Source: Vicugna vicugna
Taxonomy: Eukaryota
Direction of reading: 5' to 3'
Assembly (NCBI GenBank): GCA_013265495.1
Contig: MU057701.1
Coordinates: forward strand, 806,001 to 870,000
Length of the DNA: 64,000 nt
The translations under genes were made by a program, and so were the position numbers. The notes under the pieces were generated by a model. The model was given only the letters and a program-made list of their open reading frames with translations, did no database searches and had not been told where the DNA came from. Shown here in pieces: positions 39,531 through 52,796 of the stretch (its first letter is position 1; every line of letters starts with the position of its first letter).

Positions 39531-39669
39531 TCTTTGTTTGTTTGTTTGTTTCTGGTGGGGTTGGGTAATTAGGTTTATTTATTTTTAGAGGAGATAATAG
39601 GGATTCATGCAACCCAGGGTCTCATGCATGCTAAGCGTGTGCTCTACCGCTTGAGTTATACCACCCCAC
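39531..39669 (-). mobile_element. Vic-1-like SINE
   Basis: Family motifs; approximate TSD CACGTTCTTT / CACATTCTTT. Confidence 0.8.
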
Positions 39670-40914
39670 CATCACATTCTTTTTATGAGCTGCATAGTGT
39701 TCCCTTGTGCAGAAGTACAGTATTATAGTTTATTATTTTAACCAGTTCTTTAGTGGTGGACATTTAGGTTATTTCCAGCTTTTAGCTATTGCAGACTGCC
39801 AGAATGAATGTACATATGAGTATGGTATATGGTAAATTCTTAGAAAGGAAATTGCCAGATTAAAAGGTATGTATCCTCTAATTTTTCATAAGTAATTTAC
39901 ACATAATATGCTTCTGGATTTTATTTGCTCTTTAAAATTTATTTTTGTTGAAATGTTATTTACCAGTTTTAGATATATTTTTCATTTTATTTTGAGAACT
40001 GATTGGCCCATCATTTCTTTTGTGGAGGGAAGGGTGCATGTCTTCTTAGGTTTTGGTGTCACTGTTACCCTGGGTTTTATAAAAGGACTTTAAAACTTTT
40101 CTCTTTTTCTGTCCCCTGGAATGTTTTGAAAACCATTCAAGCTGGGTGCTGTTTTATGGGCGGGGCTCACTGACATCTTCGTTTTCTCTCATCGCTGATT
40201 TGTTTTCTGTTTTTTTGATTGAGTTTTGGTGTTTAGTAATTCTCTAACAATCATTCTGTCACCCAGGATTTAAACTTTATTAACATTCTTTTAATAGCTT
40301 CCGTACCTGTGGCAAATTCCCCTTTGTCATTGCCAATTTTATTCATTGTGTTCACTCCCACCTTTCCTTGATTAGCTTGGTTCTAGTTTAAATGGACCAT
40401 GTAGATCGCCTTTGTCCACTTTACCCACTCTTCTGCTTCCTCTCTGTGGACATTAGAACTTCTGACCTGCATTCCGCGTAAATATTCAGTCTACTAGCTC
40501 TGTGAAGGTCAAAAAGAATTGTCTTAGTTCCCTGCTGCTATTCTGTTTCTGTCCATTTCTCCTTGGATTTCTTATAAGTTTGTTTTATATAGTCTGATGG
40601 CAGTTTATTTGGTTTATTAATTCATGCAGCAGCTACTTACTCAGGAATCTACCACGTGCCAGGCACTGTAATTAAAGTATTGGGCCAGAGACACCAAACA
40701 AAAATAGTCCTGGTGGTTGTGGAAGTTGTAGTCTAGTAGAAGCATATGTTAATTGAGTGAAAATATAAGAGTTATAAATGTGGTAGAATATTATGAGGAA
40801 AAAGACATGAATGAGTGAGTAGCTGGCCACTTGAAAGCGTGGGTGGAAGTATTCTAGGCTGGGAGAACAGCTGTGGGGAGGCAGAGAGCTTTGCATGATC
40901 AAGGGGGCCAGTGT

Positions 40915-41790
40915 GTGTTGGTGGGAATGTAGTTTGGTGCAGCCATTATGCAAAACAGTATCAAGATTACTTAAAAAACTAAAAATAAGCTTACCATATG
41001 ATCCAGCAATCTCACTCCTAGGCATATATCCAGAGGGAACTCTAATTCGAAAAGGTACATGCACCCCAGTGTTTATAGCAGCACTATTTACAATAGACAA
41101 GGGGAAGGGTATAGCTCAAGTGGTAAAGCCATGTACGAGGAGCTGAGTTCAATCCTCAGTACTATCTCTAAAAATAAATAAATCTAATTACCTCCCCAAC
41201 TAAAATAAAAAATAGAGAACTCAAACATACAATAGCCAAGACATGGAAGCAACGTGAATGTCCATCGACAGATGATTGGATAAAATAGTTGTGGTATATA
41301 GGTACAGTGGACTACTACTCAGCCATAAAAAGAAAAAGAAAAAAATAATGCCATTTGCAGCAACATGGATAGACCTGGAGATAGTCATTCTAAATGAAGG
41401 AAGGCAGAAAGAGAAAGAGATATATACCATATATCACTCATATGTGGAATCTAAAAAAGAAAGACACACATGAACTTATTTACAAAACAGAAACAGACTC
41501 ACAGACTCATAGAAAACACACTTGGTTACCGGGGGGGTGAGGGGAGGGCAAAAGGGGCTGGGAAAGGATAAACTGGGAGTTCAAGATTTACAGATACTAA
41601 CTACTATATATAAAATAAACTAAGTTTCTACTGTGTAGCACAGGGGACTATATTCAATATCGTACAGTAATCTAAAATGAAAAAGAATATGAAAACGAAT
41701 ACATGTATGTATATGTATGACTGAAACATTATGCTGTACACCAGAAATTGACACAACATTGTAAACTGACTATACTTCAATTTTAAAACA
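40915..41790 (+). mobile_element. Relatively young L1 3' end (sense orientation)
   Basis: Encodes [39 protein letters not shown] and IMPFAATWIDLE (L1 ORF2 C-terminus) followed by 3' UTR. Confidence 0.92.
41101..41215 (+). mobile_element. Vic-1-like SINE inserted in an L1
   Basis: Family motifs with internal deletion; TSD ACAATAGACAAG / ACAATAGCCAAG within L1 ORF2-end sequence. Confidence 0.8.
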
Positions 41791-44700
41791 ATGGAAAATA
41801 CATTTAATTTAACGTGGATATAATCTTCTATTTCAAATTTCTCCATTTGCTTTTTATTGCTTTTTTTTTTTTCCTTATTCTTTTTCTTTATCCAAGATTC
41901 AATCAGGGATCACTTAGTGCTTTTAGTTGACATCTCTTTTGTTCCTTTAGAGCCATTCTGTCACTTTTGGAGAGGGGAGGATTCTTTTGTGATAGTGATA
42001 TTTTTTAATTGTCTAGGCCAGTTGTCTTTAGAATGTCTCAGTGTTGGATTTATCTGATTGCTTTCCATAGATTCAGTTTAGATACTTTTGGCAGAATGCT
42101 CTGTGAGGTATCTTCCTCTGCACATCTCACCTGCAGACATGCCATCAGTTTGTCCCATTATTGATAGTAAGTTTGATCACTTTGTAAAGGTTGTGTCTGC
42201 CTTTTAAAAGTACCTTTCCCCTTTGAAATTAATCTGTAATTTGTGGGGTGATACTGTGAGAATATCCTGTATCCAGTGGTTTTAGCATCCATTAATGGGC
42301 CTTGGCTGAATCAGTTTATTACAGTGGTGATTCCCTAATGGTGATTTTTCTGAATTTTTATTCCTTCATTTATTAGTTGGCACTTGAAGACCTCTTTCCT
42401 TTCTTTTGATCATTATTGATGGGTTCCTTTTTAATTCATTGTGAAAACCGAAGAAGTTTTACATCATAATTGTTTTTGTGCCAGGTGTTTAGGAAGCAAG
42501 ATTCTTTGCTAATGTTACTTAAAATGTTTACTGAACTGTTCTAGAGGCATATTTTATTTGGAGAAGAAACTAAAGAGGTATATGAAAGGCATTTTTATTT
42601 TTTAAAGGCTAAAAGAAATTAGTAAATACTTCAACTTTCGTTAAAGCCAACATTTCACCTTTTCCCTGTTTTTCTACTACAGTGAAAATTTTTCTTGAAT
42701 AAATGGAAAGTAACATACTCAGTAATGGTTGATGGAATTTGGTGGTAATTCTGTGTAAATAAACTTTTCAAATATAGGTAACTTTTTCTTTTAAAATAAT
42801 TAGAAAATATTTTACACATTCAGAAAAGTTTGAAAAATAATGTAGGATATACACTCTTTACCACTAGCCAGATTTAATAATTGACATTTTCTCTCTATTT
42901 GTTCCAGCTTTCTCTTTTCTTTTTAACATAATGTTACAGATTTAGTTAACCTCTACTCTCCTTTTTCCTTCCTTGCCCCTCCAGAGGTATTCAGTCTCCA
43001 GAAGTTGGTGTGTATCATTCCCAGTCCTGTTTCTGTGCTCGTACTATATATGTTTGTATGCAGGTATTGTTTTATGTTTAAAATTTTTACATGGATGGTC
43101 TTTCAGTGTTTAAGTTGCTTTTTTCACCTTTTAAAAAGTTTTCATTATCCATGTTGATGGATCTGCTTCATTTGTCTTTAAGCACTATATGGTGTTGCAT
43201 TGTATTTACCCATTTCCTACTGATGAACATTTGGGTTATTTCCAGTTTGGGAGTGTGCTTCTTTAGAGCGCAGTACCACATGTTCTGTAAGTTTACTCAT
43301 CTGTGTGTGTATGTATGTGGATTTCTTTATTTGATATTCATATCTTTATTTCAATTTTGATAGAATTCTTATTTTGTTGGAATTTCACAGATAATATATT
43401 AGGTATTTTGCAGTTGTTTTAAAGAGAGAGGGTACTGAATGTATTTTAGCCTTGTGTTGTTAACCCGGTGGAGTTGTGCAATAGTCCCTAGATGTAATCC
43501 TAGACCAGGGCTGTCCAAAGAAGTTTTTGTGGTGATGGAAATGGTCTGTATCTGTACTGTCCAGTATGGTAGCCACTAGTCACCTGTGGTGTTAAGCACT
43601 TGAAATGATGCCACTTGTTAAAATTTTTGCTTTCAAGGCGGGTACTTTCTAACCCTGTCATTGATCTCCTTTATCTGCTATTTCTCCCACTTGCACAAAG
43701 GGCACTTGTTAGGTCTCAAATGCCTTTTGCCTGAGAGGTTAACTCAGGTGGTTTTTTAGCAATGGGAGAAGTCTAATGCAGTAAGAGCCCAAGCTTAGGA
43801 GACGGGTGAACTTGTATGTTAGTTGTAACTCTTAGTGGTACTGGCTGTGTTACGTTGGACAAGTCATTCAGCCTTTGTATATGCCTCTTTAAAAGGTGAT
43901 AGTAATAGTACCTACTTCATGAAGTTGATCCAAAGTTTAAAGGAGATAATGCATTTAAATGTGCTTAGCACAGTTCCTCTGTACAGCACATAGGAAGCCG
44001 TTTGTGAAAGCTAGCTACTGTTTTTCCTGTTACTGGCATGAAAGAATAAGGAATGGAGAGAAATAGAGACTCACTGGATGAGCACAACCTTGTGAGTAGT
44101 AACCTTAAAACTAGATTGGGACACTATTCGAGATCAAAGAGGGAATCCTTGTTTCTTTGGACAAATCAGTTTCATAATTTTAAATAGATGACTAGTAAAT
44201 GTATTACAGGTGATTTATTTTTGTTATCCCACTCATGGTTTATGTGTAACAATAGATTCAAGAATTAGATTTTATTAGGTGTTGAATATTAGCTTCTGTT
44301 GAAAACAAACTTCACTCACCCCTGTAGCGTTACTGAGTGTCCATCTTTCTCTCAAATAGCAATTAGAAGTTGGGGGACGACATTACATTTTTCCCGATAG
44401 AAACACACGTTATATATAGAGTTCTGAGGTCTAGAAGTCTGAAAACGCTATGTAAATAGTCTTCTTAGAATTAATACAGTAAAAGTTTATAAACCAAACT
44501 GAGAAATCTGCAGTGGCATCTGGATATTAATCTTGGCATGACTTCACCCCTGGACCCCCACCCTCTGTAGATAGTTTTGCTTCTGGGTATCATTTGTTGA
44601 ACACATTTTATTTTTTTAAGTTACTACAATAAAACACAGTCTGTCTCTCAAGAAGTTAACAAATGAGCTGGGGGCACATGAGCAATTGCTTGTTATGTAA

Positions 44701-46007
44701 ATATGCCACACTGTAGTGGAGCGCCTTACACAGTGTCAGAGAAGCACAGAGCCAGAGGCACAGGAGAGGATGGAAGAGGTGACATTTGATCAGGGCCTTG
44801 GAAAAGGTCTAGAATTTCTTACAGCTTTACCAAATTAAGGCAATAGCTGCTTAAAATGTATAAAGAAAATTTTAAATTAAAAAGAAAACCCTGAGATATT
44901 AACAAATACAGATTGTACCCACAGTGTATATTTTGAAAACCCAGGCGTGTAGAAAAGGTCCTCAAGCAACAGTTAGCACCTGGTGAGCATTGTTGACTGG
45001 TTCCTCCACAGAGCTCGGAGGCAGCATCGAGCATCCCTGTAGACTCTATTAAGTAGACTTCTGTTATGGAATTCAAAAGAGTGGAAAGTTTTGCCTCAGT
45101 GACTGCCAGGTCATTTAAATAAAGGATCTATACATAGCGTAATTGTTCTGTTAAGGTGATAATCTGTCACGTGGGCCAGAATCCTTGTTCAGTCAAGGAG
45201 CTCTCTTCCTTAACCTGGACCGTGTTGGAAATTCATTGACGAGTTCTTGCTCTTTGGTTTTCTCCCCCAGCCCTACAATTCGTGCAGACCACTTTCCATC
45301 CTTAGCATTTTCTTTTTGCAGGCTTCTTAATGTCTTTGATTAAGTCTTCAGCCTCCTTTCACATCAGTCCTATTTTAATCAGACCTCCTGAGGCAGCCAC
45401 TCAGTTCTCTTGCTTGAGTTTGCACAAAAACCCTACTTTCTGCTTGGTAGGGGGAATATCTAGTTTCAATAAAGCAGTAATTTTCAAACTTGGCTGCACA
45501 TCAGTATTATTTGGGGAGAAAGATAAAAATACAGATTACTGAGCTTCACCTGGATTCTGTTCTGGGGTTGCATTTTGACACTCTGCTTTTAACATTTTAC
45601 CGTGTGATTTTGCTGCATTTCTAGTTTTAGGATAGACTGTTTCAAGGCAGCATCTCAAACTTTAACGTGTGTATGAATCACCTGAAGGTTTTGAGAAACC
45701 GCAAATCCTAATTTAGTAGGCCTGGGGTGGAGCCTGAGATTCTGACTTTCTTGCAAGCATCATAGATAATGCCAGTCATATTTTGAGAAACAAGGTTTGA
45801 AGGGAACTGGAATTGGTGAATTTCATCTGTGGTATATTAATTTTTACTCAGCTGGATCTCAGAGGGATGACCTTTCTAAGTTCTGGGGTAGTGGTTCTCA
45901 AACTATGGGATGGGCCTCAGACCAGCACAGTTAACATCACATGGGAATTCTTAGAAATGCAAATTGAGACTCTGTCTTAGACCTATTGAATCAGAAACTA
46001 TTTTAAT

Positions 46008-46140
46008 TTTTTTTAATTTGGGGGGTAGTAATTAGGTTTACATATTTATTTATTTTTGGAGGAGGTACTGGGGATTGAACCCAGGACCTTGTATATGCTA
46101 ATAAGTATGTGCTCTACCACTTCAGCTATACCCTCCCCCC
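46008..46140 (-). mobile_element. Vic-1-like SINE nested in a MER5A-type MITE (~45890-46190)
   Basis: TSD ATCAGAAACTATTTTAAT / ATCAGAAGCTATTTTAAT; host ends TAGTGGTTCTCAAA...TTTGAGGACCACTG. Confidence 0.85.
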
Positions 46141-49100
46141 CATCAGAAGCTATTTTAATCAGAATCAGCTCTCCAGTTTGAGGACCACTGTCCTAGGACT
46201 TCTCTCACTGTAGTCCTGTTTAATTATATAGTGAAGAGTAAAAATGCATTTCTGACATCTAGAAATCATGTAAAGACATCATTTTCTTGTGTAATTGCAT
46301 GGGTTAGCACTTAAGAACTACTGATTTTTTTCAATAAATATTTAAATACCTTACTATGTGCTGCCCACAATTTATAGCAACAAACAGCATAGACAAAACT
46401 CTGTCCTTAAGGAGATTACATTCTAGTGGTGATAGTAACTACTAGTCTGTACACACATACATATCTCCATAAGTAATAGATAAGACCTGTTTTGCATGGT
46501 TTCAAATTGTTTATCCTTTTGTAGCAATTTTTGTTTGTTTCTTTCATGGTTTTTTAATGATTGATCCATGCCGACATATGGAGCCCTCGACTGCTCTATA
46601 GAATTCTATCGAGTGAATGTTCCACAATGTAATAATTTCTCTGTTGATGTACATTTTAGTTGTTTTCAGCTTGATTGCTTGCTTTTATAAACAATATTGA
46701 ATGTTCTGCATATGTATAAGGAAAATTTCTGTAGAGAAGTATTTTTCAAACTTGGGCTGTAACCAGCATATGTTAAAAGCAGAAAGAGATTGGAATAGGA
46801 TAGAGGAGAACATATTAGTATAAGGCATATAGTAAGTGTAGCATTACTACAATCGAAACTATAGTAGTGGCAGAACTTTTGGGCACTGTGTGTACTGTAT
46901 TGAGATGTAAGATGTATTTCTTTGGATCATGGGCAAAAAGTTTGCAAACTGCTCTCTCAGGGTTATATGCACAATCTTAACCTGACTCTTACTGAACTGC
47001 TCTCCAGAGTGGTGGTACCAGTTTACAGTCCCACTGATTGCTACACTGGTGTTTCTTTTGTTCTCCGCTTTAAAAGTTTGTTTGGATAGACCTTTAAATT
47101 TTTGTCCATTGATGAGTATGAAACAGTATCTCATTGTGGTTTTACTTTGCTTTCTCCTGATAACAAGTGAGGTTGACATTAATCCTTTTTTTTTAAATAC
47201 AGGAAAATTAATATAATCTATCTGTTAGATATTAGATTAGTGTTGAAAATGGTAATAAGCGTAATCCTCAATGGCATAATATGAATAGTTGAAATGAGTT
47301 GGCTTGCTAGTACTAATGATTGACAGTTGAGGAGCTTAAGAGGTTTAATTTTATGAGCTTTCTCTTTATACACTATAATCTATGCTCAGTAAACTGAGCA
47401 TACTGTATCTTTCAGTTTGGCGTAGTGACCTTTTTATTTGTATTCATACAAAACCACTGTAGCCATTACTTGCAGCATCATTTTATTGATTTGAATATTA
47501 ATGTTAAATGTTTGTATAGATACCTGCCCAATATTTTTCTTTTAAAATATTATGATAAAAATATGTATGTGATATTTTAAAATATAAAAAAAGTAAGAAA
47601 AAAAATTAGTCTCTCTTATTTTGCTTTCGCCCATTTTTCCTCCCCAGGAGCAACTATTTTAAAAAGATTCTTGTGTGACCTCTTAGACATATATAATTCA
47701 TGTATATATGCCACCTTTTTCTTTTTTGTTTCTAATTTCTCACATGACGTTCTGTTTATTGTTCTGTAGCTAGCTTTTTCCTTCACTTAATAATGTATCA
47801 TAAAGATTTTTACCTTGTTCTTTTCAACTGCTACATTTGATTCTATTGTGTAGATGTGTCATAATTTGTGATTCATTTAAGTATTGATATATATTTAGGT
47901 TAAAAAGAAGAAAAACACAAAATACACACAGAACTTCAGCTTGTGTAAACTGTTGCATTAGGTATTTTTGTATTTACTCAAATTGACATGTCTGTATATC
48001 TGAAGGATAACTTCCAGGAGATAGAAAAGCTGGCTCAGAGGAATATGCATTCAGATAGATTTTTGCCAGGTTGCCTTCTTAAAAATTGAACCAATTCAGA
48101 CCCTCCCAATAATGCTTCAGAGTAAACTTACCAATATTTAATGTTAACTTTCAGAAGTGCTCATATTGTTTAGTAGTATGTAGTCGAGTTTGAGTAGAAG
48201 CTATTTTGTGGTTTCCAGCTAGAGAATATGCAATGTAGAATTTATGGATCTTTTCTGCCTTTCTTCCTTTTACCTCTAAAACTAACAGAAAGCTAATAGA
48301 CTTTCGCTTAATATAAAGCTAAATGAACTGTTAAAAATCAGAATGATATGATGATTATCCAAAATCTTTCAGAATCTATAGAAGCTGATACTTTAAAATT
48401 AGACATTAAACTAATTTAGGCAATATTTCTGTTACTACCTTACAAAAGAGTAATATCAGCACTTTCCTCAACATTAACTGTTCTCATTGATAGTCTTTAA
48501 AGAGCAGTTTACTGAGTTTCTCAGTAGAAAAGGCTTATCTATAGTATCATATACTATTTTAATCAGTACTCTATTATTTGCAAGTGACAGAAAACCAACA
48601 TACTCACTTAAGCAAAAAGGGAATGGCTTTTGGGATTTGTCACTGGGAAATCTGAAGGACAGGTTCCGCCGGTACTCACTCTTGAGTTGCCATTATTTAC
48701 CTCCCACTTCTGCCTCTTGTCCTTATTCCTTTCTCCCACAAGGGAGGTGAAGGTAGGTTAGCCACAGAGAGCTTTTGGCCGTCCTCATGGAAAGAGAGTG
48801 CTTCAGAGCACCTCTCACTCAGCATGTGAATCTAAAATCCCAGGCTAGACTGTTGCTGACCTGCCCTGGGTCATGTCTCCACACCAGTGATTAGGAGATA
48901 GAATACAGTGATTGGGGGCCCATTAGAATCTCATAGTGTAGGGAAAGGGTAATTCTCTAAAGGGAATGATGCTGGCAAGTGCTTATCATAAAAGAAACAT
49001 GCCAAATCTTTCTTTGGCATAAGTGTTGGGTGTTCAGCTGGGGAGATGGAATAGATACCATCAAAAGGTAGATTACAAGGTAACAGATGGTTCAAAGAAG

Positions 49101-51126
49101 ACTACCAGAACTCAGAAGAGTTTGTGGGAGTTAGAATAATCTTTTGGAGGAGATGGTACCAGAGTTAAATCTTAAGGTGATGGTGATGTATTCCATATCA
49201 GTTGCTTTCTTTCTTTATAAGGTCTCTTTTATCCATCTTTTTCTTTGTTTCGCGGCCAGACTCTGAATCCAGGTCTCTGTCTTCTAGGTAATTGCAGAAG
49301 ATGCCCTGTCTGGTCTGTTTTCCCTGTCCAATTCATTGTATACACTGAAGCCAGAGAAGTCTTCCTGGAACATTCTTCTCAAATCCCTGCCCTGCTCAGA
49401 AAACCTGTAACAACCTTCATTACTGCCAGAATAAAGTGTTGTACAAGGGACTACACATAACATTTAAGGATTGCTGCGTTCTGGTCCTAGAACTACTTTT
49501 CCAGCCTTTCCTTTTGTAATCCTTTACTTGGACTCTGTTTGACAGTGTTTTGCATAAACAGCTAAGAGGAACATGGGGGCTATTTCTGTAAGCAGGTTTG
49601 TCTGCAGGTTTAGTGACTTGTGTTTCTTCTGTCTTGTTTGAGGATAGTATTCCTCTAAGTTCAGTCTTCCCTTTTACTCCTTCTCTGCCTTCTTTCATTT
49701 TTACTTAAGCGGATGAGACCCAGATAATTTCCAGAAGACAGTGAAATGGACTGGATTATCCATCACGATGCTTACTTCTGATGTGGTGATGCTGTGATTT
49801 AATTGAATTTATGAAAACTGCATCTGTGTAGATGGAAATTTGCTGAAATGGAGGTTTCTTTCTTACTGTAAAGACTCACCAGCAAAGTCTGGCCCAGAGC
49901 GATCCCTTGGGCTTTTTCTACAGAAAGTAATGGATATAGTCTTATTTGGAAAAATCTTCTTTCCAATGAATGAATATTGGCGGTGCATTGTATAAGTTAA
50001 AAGATCTTGACTTTTATGTTCTTCAGCATACTTTCTTCTCCTGGTGCCACGTTCCCTTTTAGTTTGCTAGAGGGGAGGAGGGTGCAGGAATCTGGGAGGG
50101 AGGAGGCAGTTAAGAGTCACCAGTAACCTCAAATCATGGTTAATTAAACTTAATTGTACAAAAATGAATTATATGTTAATTAATCTCATTAAAATTAATT
50201 CTGATGTTTTAAAAATACATTTCCTATTCTGTAAACATCATTGGAAAGTATAATAATGCAGGCATAGCAGTTTAGGAGAAACTTGTTTCTTTCAACGAGT
50301 GTTCTCATTAAAATACCTCATAGACTTGTTCAGAGGATTAAGTGAGATCTGCATGCTAGCTGCAGACTAAGCTCTCGAGTGCTGTGTATTGAAACATTTA
50401 CATACATACTTGCATATACCTGGTCTGAACATCACACCTCGTAAATTGTCAAACAGCCATCTACTGTTGCCTAATTTACAGCTAAAAATTATAATCTGTT
50501 GTCTGTTTCCTAGGTGAGCCTCACCCCCAACCCCACGCCCCTTTGCCTCCCAGTATTGAAACTCTACTTACCTCTCCCTCCTTTCTGCCTCAGCCCCAGC
50601 CTTGTGCTCCACTGCGGAACTCCCCAGCACAGGGCTCTCGGGAGGCGCTTCTGGCAGAGGCCGGGGCTGCTGCACCGGAGGACTTCCCGTCTGTCTGGTT
50701 GTCGAGAGCCGTTTCTGTAGTGCAGCTGACATGGTGTGAGATCTGTTACCCTGTTCTCTTCCATGGACATCTTTTTTCTCATTTATGTTCTTGTCAGATC
50801 TTTCACAGATCGCGGTTATTTCTTATCATGGTTACCTGTAAACCAGTTAGCCCCTCTAGGTAACTGAGAGCTGATTATAATTACAGTTTTTGAACTTCTA
50901 GTTTGGGATGTAATGGGGAACTTTTGAATTTAGATTTTTTTTATAGACTTAACAATTAGAGCTAAATCACTGCTTCTTGATATTATTTTAACTTGTCAGT
51001 ATTAGAAAAATAGAAATATACTTCTCTCCTTTTTTGAAGCGTACGTCCAAATGGGAGAAACTAGAAAACCCCTAGTTGGCAGAACTGATGTACTGATTTG
51101 TAATTATACTATTACTTTATTTACAG

Positions 51127-51949
51127 GTAGGCGAAAACCAAGAGTACATCGGCCTCGTTCTCCAATATTGGAAGAAAAAGACATCCCGCCCCTTGAATTT
51201 CCCAAGTCCTCTGAGGATTTAATGGTGCCTAACGAGCATATAATGAATGTCATTGCCATTTATGAGGTACTGCGGAACTTTGGCACTGTTTTAAGGTTGT
51301 CTCCCTTTCGCTTTGAGGACTTCTGTGCAGCTCTGGTGAGTCAGGAGCAGTGTACACTGATGGCAGAGATGCACGTCGTGCTTCTGAAAGCAGTTTTGCG
51401 TGAAGAAGACACTTCCAATACTACCTTCGGACCTGCTGATCTGAAAGACAGCGTGAACTCCACGCTGTACTTCATCGATGGGATGACGTGGCCAGAGGTG
51501 CTGCGTGTGTACTGTGAGAGTGACAAGGAGTACCACCACGTCCTTCCTTACCAGGAAGCCGAGGACTATCCGTATGGACCAGTGGAAAACAAAATCAAAG
51601 TTCTGCAGTTCTTAGTCGATCAGTTTCTCACCACGAATATTGCTCGTGAGGAGCTGATGTCTGAAGGGGTGATCCAGTATGACGACCACTGTCGGGTCTG
51701 TCACAAACTCGGGGACTTGCTCTGCTGTGAGACCTGTTCGGCGGTGTACCACCTGGAGTGTGTGAAGCCGCCTCTGGAGGAGGTGCCAGAGGACGAGTGG
51801 CAGTGTGAGGTCTGCGTGGCACATAAGGTGCCTGGTGTGACTGACTGTGTTGCTGAAATCCAAAAAAACAAACCATATATTCGACATGAACCTATTGGGT
51901 ATGACAGAAGTCGGAGGAAATACTGGTTCTTAAACCGAAGACTCATAAT
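51127..51949 (+). CDS. BPTF: BPTF exon 2 (823 nt): DDT domain, WHIM1 motif, first PHD finger, start of WSD/WHIM2
   Basis: Acceptor TTTACAG|GT completes the phase-1 Gly codon. Encodes RRKPRVHRPRSP...AIYEVLRNFGTVLRLSPFRFEDFCAAL (DDT)...HCRVCHKLGDLLCCETCSAVYHLECVKPPLEEVPEDEWQCEVC (C4HC3 PHD)...EPIGYDRSRRKYWF. Donor AT|GTAAGT, phase 2. Confidence 0.99.
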
Positions 51950-52782
51950 GTAAGTAAATCTGGGCTTGATTTTTATATGTGTTTAAAATTAAGCCAGCTT
52001 CCTTCAAGACTGCTGTAGAGAAGCTACGCTGCTGATGTGACATAAAACTTTGTGTTCTAATAATGAGTTCAGTAGTTAAATAATTTCCAACTTGAAGGAG
52101 TATGTACGACTAAAACAGTTTTTAAAATTGTAAAGAAAGAAGGGTGTATGAAAATAAAGGAAAATACGCACCGTTGTATTCAGTGCCCAGGACGGAAAAT
52201 TGTGTGCCGCTGGGTGCAGTGCGGCTGCCGCGGTGGGCCTTCCTCGGCGGGTTCCCTGCAGCCCACCCGGGGTCATCTCCTTCCTGACTGTGGCGTTAGG
52301 GTTTTCTTGCTTCTCTTTAGTTTTACTGTATCTGTATGTAAAATGGAGCAGCAAGAACAAACCAGCTGTGTAAGGAAAGGTCAGTGCTGCCGTTACTGGC
52401 CACAGTCTCCCAGGAGAAGGTGAGCCCAGCAGACTCTTGGTGCTAGTCTGGCTTGTGCTTTCCTGAGAGTTTTCAAGAGATTCTTCCAGGCAGGTCAGTG
52501 GGAAGGTCAGGAGGAAATGTGGGAAGGCAGAGGGCCAACCTCACTCAGGGTGTGGAGCAGGGTTGGTTTTGGAAATCTTGTAGAGATGTGGTCAGAGGGA
52601 GTGAGCTACTTTGTATTTTCAGCTTCTAAAGTTTTGTGACATTTTGACTGTTTTTCTTTGTAAAGTCAAATACAAAACTTTAAATATGATTGCTAGTGAT
52701 AGCTGTTCCTTGTCAATAATTTCAGTAAATCTGAAAGATTTTACCTCTTTGTAAAAGATGGGTGAAAATAGTTTCTGTTTAA

Positions 52783-52796
52783 GTGCCCCCTTGTGG
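52783..52796 (-). promoter_or_regulatory. Candidate CTCF site in BPTF intron 2
   Basis: Minus strand reads CCACAAGGGGGCAC, close to the CTCF core CCASYAGRKGGCRS. Confidence 0.4.

Noticed and set aside
51051..51126. ATG-initiated N-terminal extension of the exon 2 ORF
   Set aside because: Intronic branch point and pyrimidine tract; BPTF similarity begins only after the acceptor.
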